From contig CAWAGQ010000006.1 of the NCBI GenBank assembly GCA_963781585.1, positions 32,001 to 96,000 on the forward strand: a stretch of DNA of 64,000 bases, read 5' to 3'. A model generated the notes under the pieces. That model was not told the origin of the DNA. It searched no databases and saw nothing but the letters and a program-made list of their open reading frames with translations. Made by a program: the position numbers and the translations under genes. Below, piece by piece: positions 8,098 to 17,629 of the stretch. The DNA comes from an uncultured Gemmatimonadaceae bacterium. Lineage in GTDB: Bacteria; Gemmatimonadota; Gemmatimonadetes; Gemmatimonadales; Gemmatimonadaceae. The first letter of the stretch is position 1; each line of letters starts with the position of its first letter.

Positions 8098-8961
8098 ATG
8101 AAGACGCCGCGACGGATGTCACAGTGCGCCCGGCTGCTGCAAACGTGCAGCGTGATGTTGCTGGCAGGCGCCGCCGCGGCGCAGACCAGCGGGAACCGTA
8201 TCGTCAGCGGCATGACCGCTGACAGCACAGGACGCGTCGTGCCGTACGTTACAATCTGGTTCGGCGGAACAGCGCGCACAGTGAGTGACGATTCGGGACG
8301 GTTCCGCGTGGAGCTGCCGCGGGAGGCGGGAGTCACCGTGCAGTTGCGGCGGCTGGGTTTCGCCCCGACCGATGTTCGACTCGAACCCGGCGGCGACACC
8401 GCAGTGGCGATCACACTGGTACCGGTGCCGGCAAAACTGGCGGCGCTGCGCGTGCAGGCGGAACAGCAGGTGCGCAGCCTGCAGCTGCACGGGTTCTACG
8501 AGCGAATGGCCGAACAGGAGAAGTGGGGCGGGTCGGGGCAGTTCGTCACGCCGGAGGAGATCGAATTCCGCAAGTCGCCGCGAACCACCCAGTTGCTGGA
8601 CGGCCGGCACGGTGTGGCGCTCAAGGGCGTGGGAAGCTGCAACGTCCAGGTGCAGTGTTTCGTCCCGTTAGGCACGAACAACTGCATCATGCAGATATAC
8701 CTCAATGGGCAACGCCTGGTGCCGACTGGAGGCGCGGGCGCCACCGCCACGGGCGGTATGGTGGCGACGGCGTTCAGGGCCCTGTCGGGCCAGGCGGCCG
8801 TAGTGGGTGGTCTGGGTCCGAACAACGTCGTCTTCCTCGACGATTTCGTGCACCCCTCGGAGCTCGCCGGCATCGAGATCTATCAACGGGCGATGCAGGC
8901 ACCGCCGCAATACCAGATGCTCAATGGCAATTGCGGTGTGATTTTGGTGTGGACCAAATGA
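8098..8961 (+). CDS. Secreted carboxypeptidase-regulatory-like domain + TonB-plug-like protein without barrel
   Basis: GGAGGA RBS; signal (AAAA-Q); SDDSGRF...RRLGFAP; CIMQIYLNG...GIEIYQR...CGVILVWTK; paralog of 2133..2939. Confidence 0.75.
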   Translation: MKTPRRMSQCARLLQTCSVMLLAGAAAAQTSGNRIVSGMTADSTGRVVPYVTIWFGGTARTVSDDSGRFRVELPREAGVTVQLRRLGFAPTDVRLEPGGDTAVAITLVPVPAKLAALRVQAEQQVRSLQLHGFYERMAEQEKWGGSGQFVTPEEIEFRKSPRTTQLLDGRHGVALKGVGSCNVQVQCFVPLGTNNCIMQIYLNGQRLVPTGGAGATATGGMVATAFRALSGQAAVVGGLGPNNVVFLDDFVHPSELAGIEIYQRAMQAPPQYQMLNGNCGVILVWTK

Positions 8962-9029
8962 GAGTCGCGTTGCCGCTCATCGTCCGAGGACTGGGCGGGG
9001 CGGAGTAGTGTCCTTGTCGGGGCGCTCGC

Positions 9030-9371
9030 TCATCCTGCGTGCTGCCTTGCCGCCACCGCGAACGCCAGAAAGTACCGCCGCAACCCGTCCGCTGAATCCG
9101 GCGGTACCTCCGGATCAAAGAACAGCCGGCAGAACTCCTCGCGTGCACGCAACACCTCCCGCCGCCGCGGGCCCCGCCATCTCTCGTCACCCGCGGTGAA
9201 ATCGAACAACTCGAGCGCCCGCGCCAGCGCGTGGTCGAATCGACTCTGGTTCCCGGACTCCCACGCGCGGATCGAACGCTCCACCTCGCTCCCCACGTGA
9301 GCCAGCTGTTCCACGATCGACAGCGTGCGCCACCGGGCCACCCGGTCCGCCTGACGAGTCGCCTCCGTCAT
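9030..9371 (-). CDS. Conserved helical hypothetical protein, partner of DUF5674
   Basis: EQLAHVGSEVERSI...RALELFD...EVLRAREE; ATGA-coupled to the DUF5674 gene. Confidence 0.65.
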   Translation of the reverse strand: MTEATRQADRVARWRTLSIVEQLAHVGSEVERSIRAWESGNQSRFDHALARALELFDFTAGDERWRGPRRREVLRAREEFCRLFFDPEVPPDSADGLRRYFLAFAVAARQHAG

Positions 9372-9727
9372 GCGTCGCTCACGAGACGCGACAGGGTGCT
9401 CCGGACACGCTCGCGCAGCGCGGCGTCCTGAACGTCCCGACTCCGGTTCCCATCCGCCGGCCGCACGTTGATCATCGAGTCGAACTCGATCCACCCCTCG
9501 CCGTGCTCGGCCGGATAGAGGTTGATGCCCCAGAGGGAGGGCTGCCGCGATCCGTCATCCAGCAGCGCCGCTTCCTCGTCCGAGGCCAGCTCGCCTCCGA
9601 CCGCCATGACGTCCCTGTCGACATCGACCACCGCCTTCACCATATCCCCGAATTGTCGCTCCGCCATGGCACGGAGCTCCGCACGCGTGAGCGGACTGCG
9701 GACGAGGACGATGTCGCGACGTTCCAT
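9368..9727 (-). CDS. DUF5674 family protein
   Basis: MVKAVVDV...GGEL...LWGINLYP...FDSMINVRP..NRSR pattern. Confidence 0.75.
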   Translation of the reverse strand: MERRDIVLVRSPLTRAELRAMAERQFGDMVKAVVDVDRDVMAVGGELASDEEAALLDDGSRQPSLWGINLYPAEHGEGWIEFDSMINVRPADGNRSRDVQDAALRERVRSTLSRLVSDA

Positions 9728-10015
9728 GAGGCAGGGCTACTGTCGTTATTCCACGGACCGGGGTGCGCAAACTTGCCTCCGTCCCTGGTGCCGCTCAAGT
9801 GCACAGCCCAGCACATCGAGCCTCGAGAACCGCGGCATCATCAGGTCAGGCAAGCAGGTCGGCGCCGCGGTGCCTGTCGTCGAACGCCGCCGCAACACGG
9901 GCGCTTCGGTGGCCAGTCGCTCCGGTGAGACCCCCACCGTGGCGGCCTCGCCCGCCGGTCCCGTAGCTTAAACGGCACACAAGGCGCTCGGCTCTCCCCC
10001 AAACTTCGCACGCGA

Positions 10016-11734
10016 TTGGCACGATCCCAACCATCCGCCGCTCGCATCTCGCGTCTCGCGCTCACCGCCGCGCTCGCCGCTGCCCTCGCCTGTGCATCCG
10101 GTGCTCCACCGAACACGGGCACCGGTGCTGCCACCGTCCCGCCTCCACACAGCCAGGCCGAGCGCACCAACTACCGCGAGACCTCCACCCACGCCCAGGT
10201 CGTCGCCTTCATCGATTCGCTCAAGCTCCTCGGCCGTCCCATCGCGACCGGCAGCATCGGCACCACGTCGGAAGGACGCTCGCTCCCGTACGTCGTTGTC
10301 TCGCGCCCGCTCTTCGCCACCCCGGATGCCGCGCGCCGCTCAGGACGCCCCATCGTCTACGTCCAGGGCAACATTCACGCGGGCGAAGTCGAGGGAAAGG
10401 AAGCGCTCCTCGCGCTGGTGAGGGACCTCCTCCTCGATCCGCATCCCAACGTCCTCGACTCGATCGTCCTCATCGCCCAGCCCATCTACAACGCCGACGG
10501 CAACGACCATTTCGGTCCCCAGGCCCGCAACCGCGGCTCACAGAACGGCCCCGAGCTGGTCGGCACCCGCGCTAACGCCCAGGGCTACAACCTGAATCGC
10601 GATTACATGAAGCTCGACGCGCCCGAGTCGCGTGGCGCGCTCGCGATGTTCAACGCCTGGGACCCGCACGTCTTTGTCGACCTGCACACCACCGACGGCA
10701 GCTACCACGGCTACAACCTCACCTACGCGCCGTCGCTCAGCCCGGCCGCCGAGCTTCCAGGCTTCACCAATGGCGGCCTCTGGGCACATGACTCGCTGCT
10801 GCCTGAGCTCCGCCGCCGCCTCAACGCGCGCGACCACGTCGCCACCTTCGACTACGGCGACTTCCGCGGCGGCAACGATTCCGCCAGCGTCGCCCGCGGC
10901 TGGTATACGTTCGAGCACCTCCCGCGCTACGGCACCAACTACTACGGGCTCCGCGGACGCATCGGCATCCTGAGCGAAGCGTTCTCGCACGATCTGTTCG
11001 AGACGCGCGTGCACGCCACCTACGCGTTCGTGAAAGAGCTGCTCTCGCTGGTAGCCGAGCGTGGCGCGACCATCGCTGCCATGGCGCGACAGTCCGATGC
11101 CGCACTTCGTGCCGGGCGCAACATCCCGCCGATTCCGGTGCGCGCCAGGATGACCACGAATCGGAGCGACGACGTGGTGTATGAGGACCTCGAGCCTTCC
11201 ACCGATACGACCAACCGCGAGATCGGCGTCCGGCGCGGGATGCGCCGCACCGGCCGCTATCACACGCTTCGCATCCCCATCTACGACCGCTTCACGCCGA
11301 CCGTCACCCGACCCGCGCCATGGGGATACGCGCTCGCGCCCGGTGACACGTCGGCCGTGAATCTCCTCCGCCTGCACGGGATCGCCGTCGAGCGGATCGG
11401 TCGCCAATGGTCCGGCGACGCCGGCCCCCAGTTCCGCGTCGATTCCACCATCACCGACGCGCGCCCGTTCGAGCCCCAGGCCGCGATTCCGCGCCTGGAG
11501 GTCCGGCTCGTGGGCCGATGGGAATCAGGACAGACGGTCACGCTCGCTCCCGGCACCTGGATCGTCCGCGTGGCCCAGCCGCTTGGCGTGCTCGCGATGT
11601 ACCTGCTGGAGCCGGAGAGCGACGACGGGATCGTCGCCTGGGACATCGGCGGGCGCTCGAAGGGCGGCCCCGGGACCGCGCCGGTGGTTCGACTGGAGCA
11701 CCCGTTCCGGTCCGGTAGGGCGCCGGCGCCATGA
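10016..11734 (+). CDS. M14 family zinc carboxypeptidase, probable lipoprotein
   Basis: HAGEVEG (HxxE), NLNRD, VDLHT; lipobox-like ALAC. Confidence 0.9.
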   Translation: MARSQPSAARISRLALTAALAAALACASGAPPNTGTGAATVPPPHSQAERTNYRETSTHAQVVAFIDSLKLLGRPIATGSIGTTSEGRSLPYVVVSRPLFATPDAARRSGRPIVYVQGNIHAGEVEGKEALLALVRDLLLDPHPNVLDSIVLIAQPIYNADGNDHFGPQARNRGSQNGPELVGTRANAQGYNLNRDYMKLDAPESRGALAMFNAWDPHVFVDLHTTDGSYHGYNLTYAPSLSPAAELPGFTNGGLWAHDSLLPELRRRLNARDHVATFDYGDFRGGNDSASVARGWYTFEHLPRYGTNYYGLRGRIGILSEAFSHDLFETRVHATYAFVKELLSLVAERGATIAAMARQSDAALRAGRNIPPIPVRARMTTNRSDDVVYEDLEPSTDTTNREIGVRRGMRRTGRYHTLRIPIYDRFTPTVTRPAPWGYALAPGDTSAVNLLRLHGIAVERIGRQWSGDAGPQFRVDSTITDARPFEPQAAIPRLEVRLVGRWESGQTVTLAPGTWIVRVAQPLGVLAMYLLEPESDDGIVAWDIGGRSKGGPGTAPVVRLEHPFRSGRAPAP

Positions 11735-11824
11735 AGCGCCGACACCTGTGCAACGGGTCGCGCGCGCGGCGCTCTGCCTAACGCGCGGCTGTCCCGGTGC
11801 GCCCCCGGTCGTTCGTCCCGATGG

Positions 11825-13114
11825 CTACTCCGGACGACGCGGCTTGGCGGTCCGCCCCGAGCCTGATCCCGAACCGCTCGACGCGCTGCCGCCGGACTGC
11901 GATGCCGATCCTCCCGACGACCCCGACTGCGAGGACCCGGACGCCGTGGATCCGCGAGGGGCAGTGTAGCCGCGCCCTTTCACCACGCGCCCGTGACGGT
12001 CCTGCTCGGAGCTGTTGTCAACTGGAGGCTGCTTGACCACAACCACTACCGGCTGGTTTCCGTAATACCAGCCGCCGTAGCCGTACCGGTACCCATAGCC
12101 GCAGCCGGCCCCATACGGCGCGTAGCCGTACGGTGAGTAGCCGTACGGCGAAAAGCCGAACACCGAGAAGCCGAACGGATCGTAGCCGAACGGCTCATAG
12201 CAGTCGAAACGGGAGCCCGCGAATGAATTCCCGGCGTAGCCGCGTGTCGTCCGACCGGTTCCCGCACTGGCGGTCGGGTTGCCCACGACGCTCAGTTCCC
12301 CCGCCTGTGAGCGGTCCAGCGCGAACACCTTTGGGTACGAGAGCGCGACCATCACGTCAATCACGCTCGACGGCACCCCAGCCTGCTGCAAGCCGAGGAG
12401 CTGCTTCGCGTCGAGCGCGAACCCCTCACCACGTTCCGCGAGCCAGGTCTCGATCACGCCTGCGTCGAGGAAGCGCGATGCCTCCTCGACGTCGTGAGTG
12501 GTCAGCGGCGCGGCGGCCGCAATCCTGGCCGCATTCACCGCCAGGGAACGACCCTGCAACGCCGTTGCGATCTCCGCTGGGAGAGGGCCGTCGGCAGTCG
12601 CTGCTCGGTAGCGTGCCACGCGCACGCCGGTCCCGGTCCCCACGCTCACACCTTCGACGTCGATCCACTCACCGGACTGCGATATCGCCATCACGCCGTT
12701 CGATTGACGCGTCAGGCCGCCGGTGCAGGTGTAGTTCGATCGCAGGTACACCCGCTCTCCGCCGGACGACCACTGTGCCCGGTCAAAACCGGTGCACCCG
12801 TCTCTGGAGACCTGGCGTTCGGCGCCGGTGGCCTCGACCAGCTGCCGGGTCGCGATGCTGTCACCCACCACCGTGACGATCTCGACCGACGACGGGCCCG
12901 GGGCCGGAATCACGCAGACCCGCGGTGCTCCCATCGCGGCACCCGTCGCTGCCGACGCGGTTGCCACCGCTTCCCAGCAGCCAAGCCACGGCTGCCATCG
13001 CGGATCGCTGCTGGACTGCGCCAGCGCCGGCGTGGCGTACTGAAGAAACATCACGCCGCCCACCAATGCGGTCACGGTCGTGAACCGCCGGGTGTTGCTC
13101 GCGAGACTGGTCAT
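11825..13114 (-). CDS. Secreted hypothetical protein with Tyr/Gly/Pro repeats and Ser/Gly-rich tail
   Basis: Signal peptide (ALA-Q); WLGCW domain; YGYSP-type repeats; start at 13114 or 13123. Confidence 0.7.
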   Translation of the reverse strand: MTSLASNTRRFTTVTALVGGVMFLQYATPALAQSSSDPRWQPWLGCWEAVATASAATGAAMGAPRVCVIPAPGPSSVEIVTVVGDSIATRQLVEATGAERQVSRDGCTGFDRAQWSSGGERVYLRSNYTCTGGLTRQSNGVMAISQSGEWIDVEGVSVGTGTGVRVARYRAATADGPLPAEIATALQGRSLAVNAARIAAAAPLTTHDVEEASRFLDAGVIETWLAERGEGFALDAKQLLGLQQAGVPSSVIDVMVALSYPKVFALDRSQAGELSVVGNPTASAGTGRTTRGYAGNSFAGSRFDCYEPFGYDPFGFSVFGFSPYGYSPYGYAPYGAGCGYGYRYGYGGWYYGNQPVVVVVKQPPVDNSSEQDRHGRVVKGRGYTAPRGSTASGSSQSGSSGGSASQSGGSASSGSGSGSGRTAKPRRPE

Positions 13115-13127
13115 AATGCCCATCCTG

Positions 13128-13925
13128 TCAGAACCTGACGTAGAGACCGAGAGAACCGTCGTAGCCCGAGAGATCGATCCGATGGAAACCAGTGAAGTCC
13201 CTACCCATGCGCGCTCTCGCATAGGCATAGACGGCCTGGCCGGTGAGTCCGAAACGGGGACCAAGCGAAAGGTCCGCACCGGCGAACCCCTTCGCGGCCG
13301 GTGTCCACCCGGAGGATTCGAACTTGTCGGGGAATACAGCAAGAGTGCTCATGTCGATGAAATCGCCCTGCTGCCGGAACCGGTACCACATGACGCCAGC
13401 GCCCGCGCCCACGAACGGGGCGACTCGGGACGGTATCCACGCAAATCGCCCGACCGATCGGCCGCGATCCACGAGGTACAGCTTCGCGCTCGCCGTTATC
13501 GGAAGGCGCTCCAGCTTCGTGTTCTGCTCGATCGGCAGGTCGTTGTTGTCGACGAAATCCCGAAACTCCGACTGCGCGCTTCGGCCGGCGTACGACGTAC
13601 TGAACACCAGGTCCAGCCGCGGCCGGAGACGGAACGCCAGCTCCGCACCGAATGACGGGCTCCCGAAGGCGCCGTGTCCCAGGGTCAGCTCGTCCGTGAT
13701 GAACGAGAAGATGTCGCTGCCCGCCCGCGCCTGCGCGAACCCGCCGTAAAGGCCGAAACTTCCCACCGGTTCCTTGAACAGGAAGCCGTTTCCGGTTCCC
13801 TGCGCGTTGGTGGGAGCGGCGAGCATGAGAGCGATCGCGATCCCGGCAACATGGCCGACACGCTCGAGCCGAAACCAACGGAAGCGAGCGGCGAACACGC
13901 GGTGTACAGACAGCGTCGGCCTCAT
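13128..13925 (-). CDS. Outer-membrane beta-barrel protein
   Basis: GGAGAGG RBS; signal; amphipathic strands, PFVGAGAG, C-terminal LGLYVRF. Confidence 0.75.
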   Translation of the reverse strand: MRPTLSVHRVFAARFRWFRLERVGHVAGIAIALMLAAPTNAQGTGNGFLFKEPVGSFGLYGGFAQARAGSDIFSFITDELTLGHGAFGSPSFGAELAFRLRPRLDLVFSTSYAGRSAQSEFRDFVDNNDLPIEQNTKLERLPITASAKLYLVDRGRSVGRFAWIPSRVAPFVGAGAGVMWYRFRQQGDFIDMSTLAVFPDKFESSGWTPAAKGFAGADLSLGPRFGLTGQAVYAYARARMGRDFTGFHRIDLSGYDGSLGLYVRF

Positions 13926-14167
13926 CGGCCTCTCCAACGTGTGGGTGATCGACTCACCCATTCCTTCCATCTGATAGCATACCACGACGGGGCGGGCATC
14001 GGAAGCGATGGCGTTGCTTGGCACGGGTGCCTGACAGTACCCGCCGCTCCCGAGAGGATCCGCGTTCTCTTCGCTACCGATTTTCGTGAGTGCCACGCTC
14101 GACCCGGCGTGGCGGGCTCCGTAGGTTAACCGCATGGGGGATTGTGCATAACAGGCCTGGAAGACTG

Positions 14168-14243
14168 CCTGGCGGGAGAGACATCTTCGCCGACGAAGCC
14201 AAGGGGGTCACCTCCGTTCTCGAAGGCGCCAGTGGACCGGCGC
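14168..14243 (+). ncRNA. Glycine-riboswitch-like structured leader (variant, tentative)
   Basis: GCGGGAGAGAC...CGCCGACGAAGCCAA-[GGGGG TCA CCTCC]-GTTCTCGAAGGCG...GGACCG follows the order of glycine aptamer motifs with deviations. Confidence 0.35.
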
Positions 14244-14301
14244 GTGACCGGTCGCCTGGCGAATGCCGCATTCCGGGCCGGCGGTCCGACCCGGAAGGCC
14301 A

Positions 14302-15243
14302 ATGATCCGGCGCGCCCTTCTCGCCCTCTCCACGCATCCGCGGCTCTTCCGCTACGTGCGCGAGAGCAGGCTCGCCCGACGTCTGTCGCTCCGCTTCGTC
14401 GCCGGCGAAACGGTTGACGATGCGGTCGCCGCGGTGCGCACGCTGAACCAGCGCGGCATTGCCGCCTCAATGGACCAGCTCGGCGAGAGTGTCGCGAGCG
14501 TCCAGGCCGCGCGCACCACGGCCGCGCAGTACACCGCACTCCTCGACGGCATCGCCACCGAGCGACTCGCCGCCAACGTCTCCATCAAGCTCACGGCCCT
14601 CGGTCTCGACATCGACGAGGACCTGTGCGTGACAAACGTGCAGCAAATCCTTGGTCGCGCGCGCGAGCTCGGGGCCTTCGTGCGCATCGACATGGAAGGG
14701 TCGGCGTACACCGAGCGCACGATCACGCTCTTTCACGAGTGCTTCTATCCCGCATTCCCCGATAACGTCGGGATGGTGCTCCAGAGCTATCTCTATCGCA
14801 CGGCCGACGACGTCGAGGGCGCGATTGCGCGTGGGTGCCGGGTGCGGCTCTGCAAGGGGGCCTACCGCGAGCCGGCGTCGGTCGCCTACCCGCGCAAGCC
14901 GGACGTGGACGCGAACTACGTGCGCTGCCTGCACCGTCTGCTGCGTGCCGGCAACTATCCGGGCATCGCGACCCACGACGAGCGCATCATCCGGGAGACG
15001 ATCCGCTTGGCGCGCGCCGAAGCCATCGTCCCCGAACGCTTCGAATTCCAGATGCTCTACGGCGTGCGGCGCGATCTGCAGGAGCGTCTGGTGCGCGAAG
15101 GCTGGCGGATGCGCGTGTACGTGCCGTTCGGGAGCTACTGGTATCCCTACCTCATGCGCCGCCTCGCCGAGCGTCCGGCGAATGTGTTCTTCATCGTCGG
15201 CAACCTGGCGCGCGAGCGCATGCAGGGGCGAAAGGGGCCGTGA
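14302..15243 (+). CDS. Monofunctional proline dehydrogenase
   Basis: RFVAGE, SIKLT, RIDME, RLCKGAY, IATHD, FQMLYG, YVPFG..WYPYLMRRLAERP. Confidence 0.95.
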   Translation: MIRRALLALSTHPRLFRYVRESRLARRLSLRFVAGETVDDAVAAVRTLNQRGIAASMDQLGESVASVQAARTTAAQYTALLDGIATERLAANVSIKLTALGLDIDEDLCVTNVQQILGRARELGAFVRIDMEGSAYTERTITLFHECFYPAFPDNVGMVLQSYLYRTADDVEGAIARGCRVRLCKGAYREPASVAYPRKPDVDANYVRCLHRLLRAGNYPGIATHDERIIRETIRLARAEAIVPERFEFQMLYGVRRDLQERLVREGWRMRVYVPFGSYWYPYLMRRLAERPANVFFIVGNLARERMQGRKGP

Positions 15244-15378
15244 TCAGGAGAGGATCGCTCAGTGGCAGTCCACTGCCAACCGTAAGGCACTGGCGATTTC
15301 CTGTTTGCTGTTCGCCGTCCTCTGGGTGCCGCCCGCTTTGCTTGTGAGCTGCCATCTGTTCACCGTTCGCTGGTGACC

Positions 15379-15808
15379 ATGCCCGGTCAATTCCTCCCTC
15401 CCGACCACTCGGCTGGCGACCCGAACACCATCGGCGGCTACATGGCCGTCCATGGACGCCCGGCGGCGTTCGAGGGTTCGGACGGGATGTCGTACAGCGT
15501 GGCCATCGAGGCGGCGCGCAACTACGACGAGGGGCGGCCATGGGGTGCATACTTCCTCTTCCTCCGGTGGCGGCGCATCGGCCCGCAGGGGGTCGAGGGC
15601 CACCTCGAGACCGATTTCCTGGCGTTCGGCCAGTCGGCCGACGCGGCATCCGCGTGCGTTAGGCGCGATGCCGCTCAACAGCGTGCGCGAGGAACTGGAG
15701 CGGCTCATCGCCGCGCGACGGCCGTCCTCGGAGCGACGCTGGTGGGACGCCATGCGGGACGAGGGCGACGACGAGGGCGCGCCGGAGCAACCGGACACTC
15801 CGCAATGA
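15379..15808 (+). CDS. Hypothetical protein interrupted by a +1 frameshift near 15650
   Basis: MPGQFLPPDH...HLETDFLAFGQSADAA continues in the next frame as RALGAMPLNSVREELERLI...WWDAMRD..., ending at a TGA that overlaps the rsgA ATG. Confidence 0.6.
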
Positions 15809-16761
15809 CGCCTGCAGCCCACGGCGACCCGAAGTCCGCAATCGCCGGAGTGCACGGGCGCGTACTCCGTGGCACCGGAGGTATCTGGCACGTCCGCGGG
15901 GCCGACGGCTCGATCTACGAGGCCGCGCTCAAGGGGGGCGTGAAGCACGCCAGCGTCAGGAAGCTCGCGGTCGGCGACGAGGTCATTCTGCACGCTGACC
16001 GCGCCGGGGGTGTGAGCGCGATTGCCGAGATCCTGCCGCGGCGCTCTCAGCTCGCGCGTCGCACTCCCGGAGGCGGCTATGGCGAACGCGTGGTGGTGGC
16101 GAACGTCGATCAGGTGGTCGTGGTGTTCGCGATGCGGAAGCCGGAGCCGCATCCGCGCATGCTCGATCGCTTCCTCGTGATCGCGGAAGCCAACGACCTG
16201 CCGGCACGTATCGTGATCAACAAGGTGGACCTGGCGGGGCTTGAGGACGCGCAGGAACGCTTCGGCTTCTACTCGACCATCGGCTATCCGGTGCACTACA
16301 CGAGCGCCAAGTCCGGTCATGGGCTTGCTGAACTGCACGAGGCACTGCTCGGGAAGACGTCGGCCCTCACCGGCCCGTCGGGTGTGGGGAAGTCGTCGCT
16401 CCTGAACGCGATGTACCCGGGCCTCAATCTGCGTGTGGGCGAAATCAGCGAATCGGTCAACAAGGGACGACACACCACCGTGGGCGCTTCGATGCATCCG
16501 CTGCCGGACGCGGGATTCGTGGTCGATACCCCCGGCCTGCGGGAGATCGGACTCTGGGGACTCCGGGCGGACGCGCTGGACGAATGCTTCCCCGAGATGC
16601 GTGAGCGCCGCGCCACCTGTCATTTCGCCAACTGTCGTCATCTCACGGAGCCCGGGTGCGCCGTGCGAGGTGCCGTGGAAGCCGGCGCGGTGAGCGCGGA
16701 GCGCTACGCGTCCTACACGACGCTGATAGACGAAGTGCGGGAGACCGAGGGGATGCGGTAG
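15805..16761 (+). CDS. rsgA: Ribosome small subunit-dependent GTPase A
   Basis: Circularly permuted GTPase NKVD / GPSGVGKSS / GRHTT / DTPG and Zn finger CHFANCRHLTEPGC. Confidence 0.95.
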   Translation: MTPAAHGDPKSAIAGVHGRVLRGTGGIWHVRGADGSIYEAALKGGVKHASVRKLAVGDEVILHADRAGGVSAIAEILPRRSQLARRTPGGGYGERVVVANVDQVVVVFAMRKPEPHPRMLDRFLVIAEANDLPARIVINKVDLAGLEDAQERFGFYSTIGYPVHYTSAKSGHGLAELHEALLGKTSALTGPSGVGKSSLLNAMYPGLNLRVGEISESVNKGRHTTVGASMHPLPDAGFVVDTPGLREIGLWGLRADALDECFPEMRERRATCHFANCRHLTEPGCAVRGAVEAGAVSAERYASYTTLIDEVRETEGMR

Positions 16762-16846
16762 CGAGAGCGTGCGGGATCCTGAGGTGAACGTGGCAATCCG
16801 CTCTCACACCCGGCGCCCCCGGCGCAGGGATCAGCGCTCCACTTTG

Positions 16847-17482
16847 TCAGGGCGACAGGCGCTCGATCTCCCATCGATCGCCGTCACGCCGGTACCGCAC
16901 CCGGTCGTGCAGCCGGCTCGGCCGCCCCTGCCAGAACTCCAGCTCGTCAGGCGCGAGGCGAAACCCGCCCCAGTGCGGCGGAAGCGGCACGTCGCCGCCG
17001 GGGAATCTCGCGGCGGCTTCCTCCACCCGTGCCTCCAGCCACGCGCGCGCCGGGATCACCGCGCTCTGGGTCGACGCCCAGGCGCCCACCCGCGCGCCTG
17101 ACGGGCGGGTCCGGAAATACGCGGCTGACTCGGCCGGGCTGATCTTCTGCACGATGCCTTCGATGCGCACCTGACGCTCGATCTCCTTCCAGAAGAACAC
17201 CAGCGCGGCCCGCGGATTCCCCCGGAGTTCCTCCGCCTTGCGGCTGCGATAGTCGGTAAAGAAGACGAAACCGTCCGGCCCCACGTCCTTGAGCAGCACG
17301 ATCCGCGCCGACGGCCGCCCGTCGGTCGTGCTGGTCGCCAGGGTCATCGCGTTCGGATCCACCAGCTCGGCAGCCTGGGCCTGGGCGAACCAATGGCGGA
17401 ACTGCGTGATGGGATCGGGGTCGACATCGCTTGCGTCGAGCGACGCCATCGCGTATTCGCGTCGAAGATCGGACAGGGACAT
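16847..17482 (-). CDS. pdxH: Pyridoxamine 5'-phosphate oxidase
   Basis: [36 protein letters not shown]. Confidence 0.97.
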   Translation of the reverse strand: MSLSDLRREYAMASLDASDVDPDPITQFRHWFAQAQAAELVDPNAMTLATSTTDGRPSARIVLLKDVGPDGFVFFTDYRSRKAEELRGNPRAALVFFWKEIERQVRIEGIVQKISPAESAAYFRTRPSGARVGAWASTQSAVIPARAWLEARVEEAAARFPGGDVPLPPHWGGFRLAPDELEFWQGRPSRLHDRVRYRRDGDRWEIERLSP

Positions 17483-17629
17483 GAAGGGCGGGAATGAATG
17501 AAGGCGGTGGAAGATAGCAACGAACAGGCAACGGTTGACAGCGTTCGGTCGATGAGCTGTCCGCTGGTGCCCGTGCGCTATAGTTTCCGGGAACCCATCA
17601 CCACCAACCGGGCTTCGTGCGAGAAGGGA

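Noticed and set aside
9829..9871. SRP RNA-like hairpin (ACCGCGGC...CAGGTCAGGCAAGCAG...GCCGCGGT)
   Set aside because: Lacks the GNRA-capped apical stem between CAGG and AGCAG; cannot be supported without a covariance search
15373..16761. 462-aa N-terminally extended RsgA
   Set aside because: Frameshift artefact; rsgA has its own ATG at 15805
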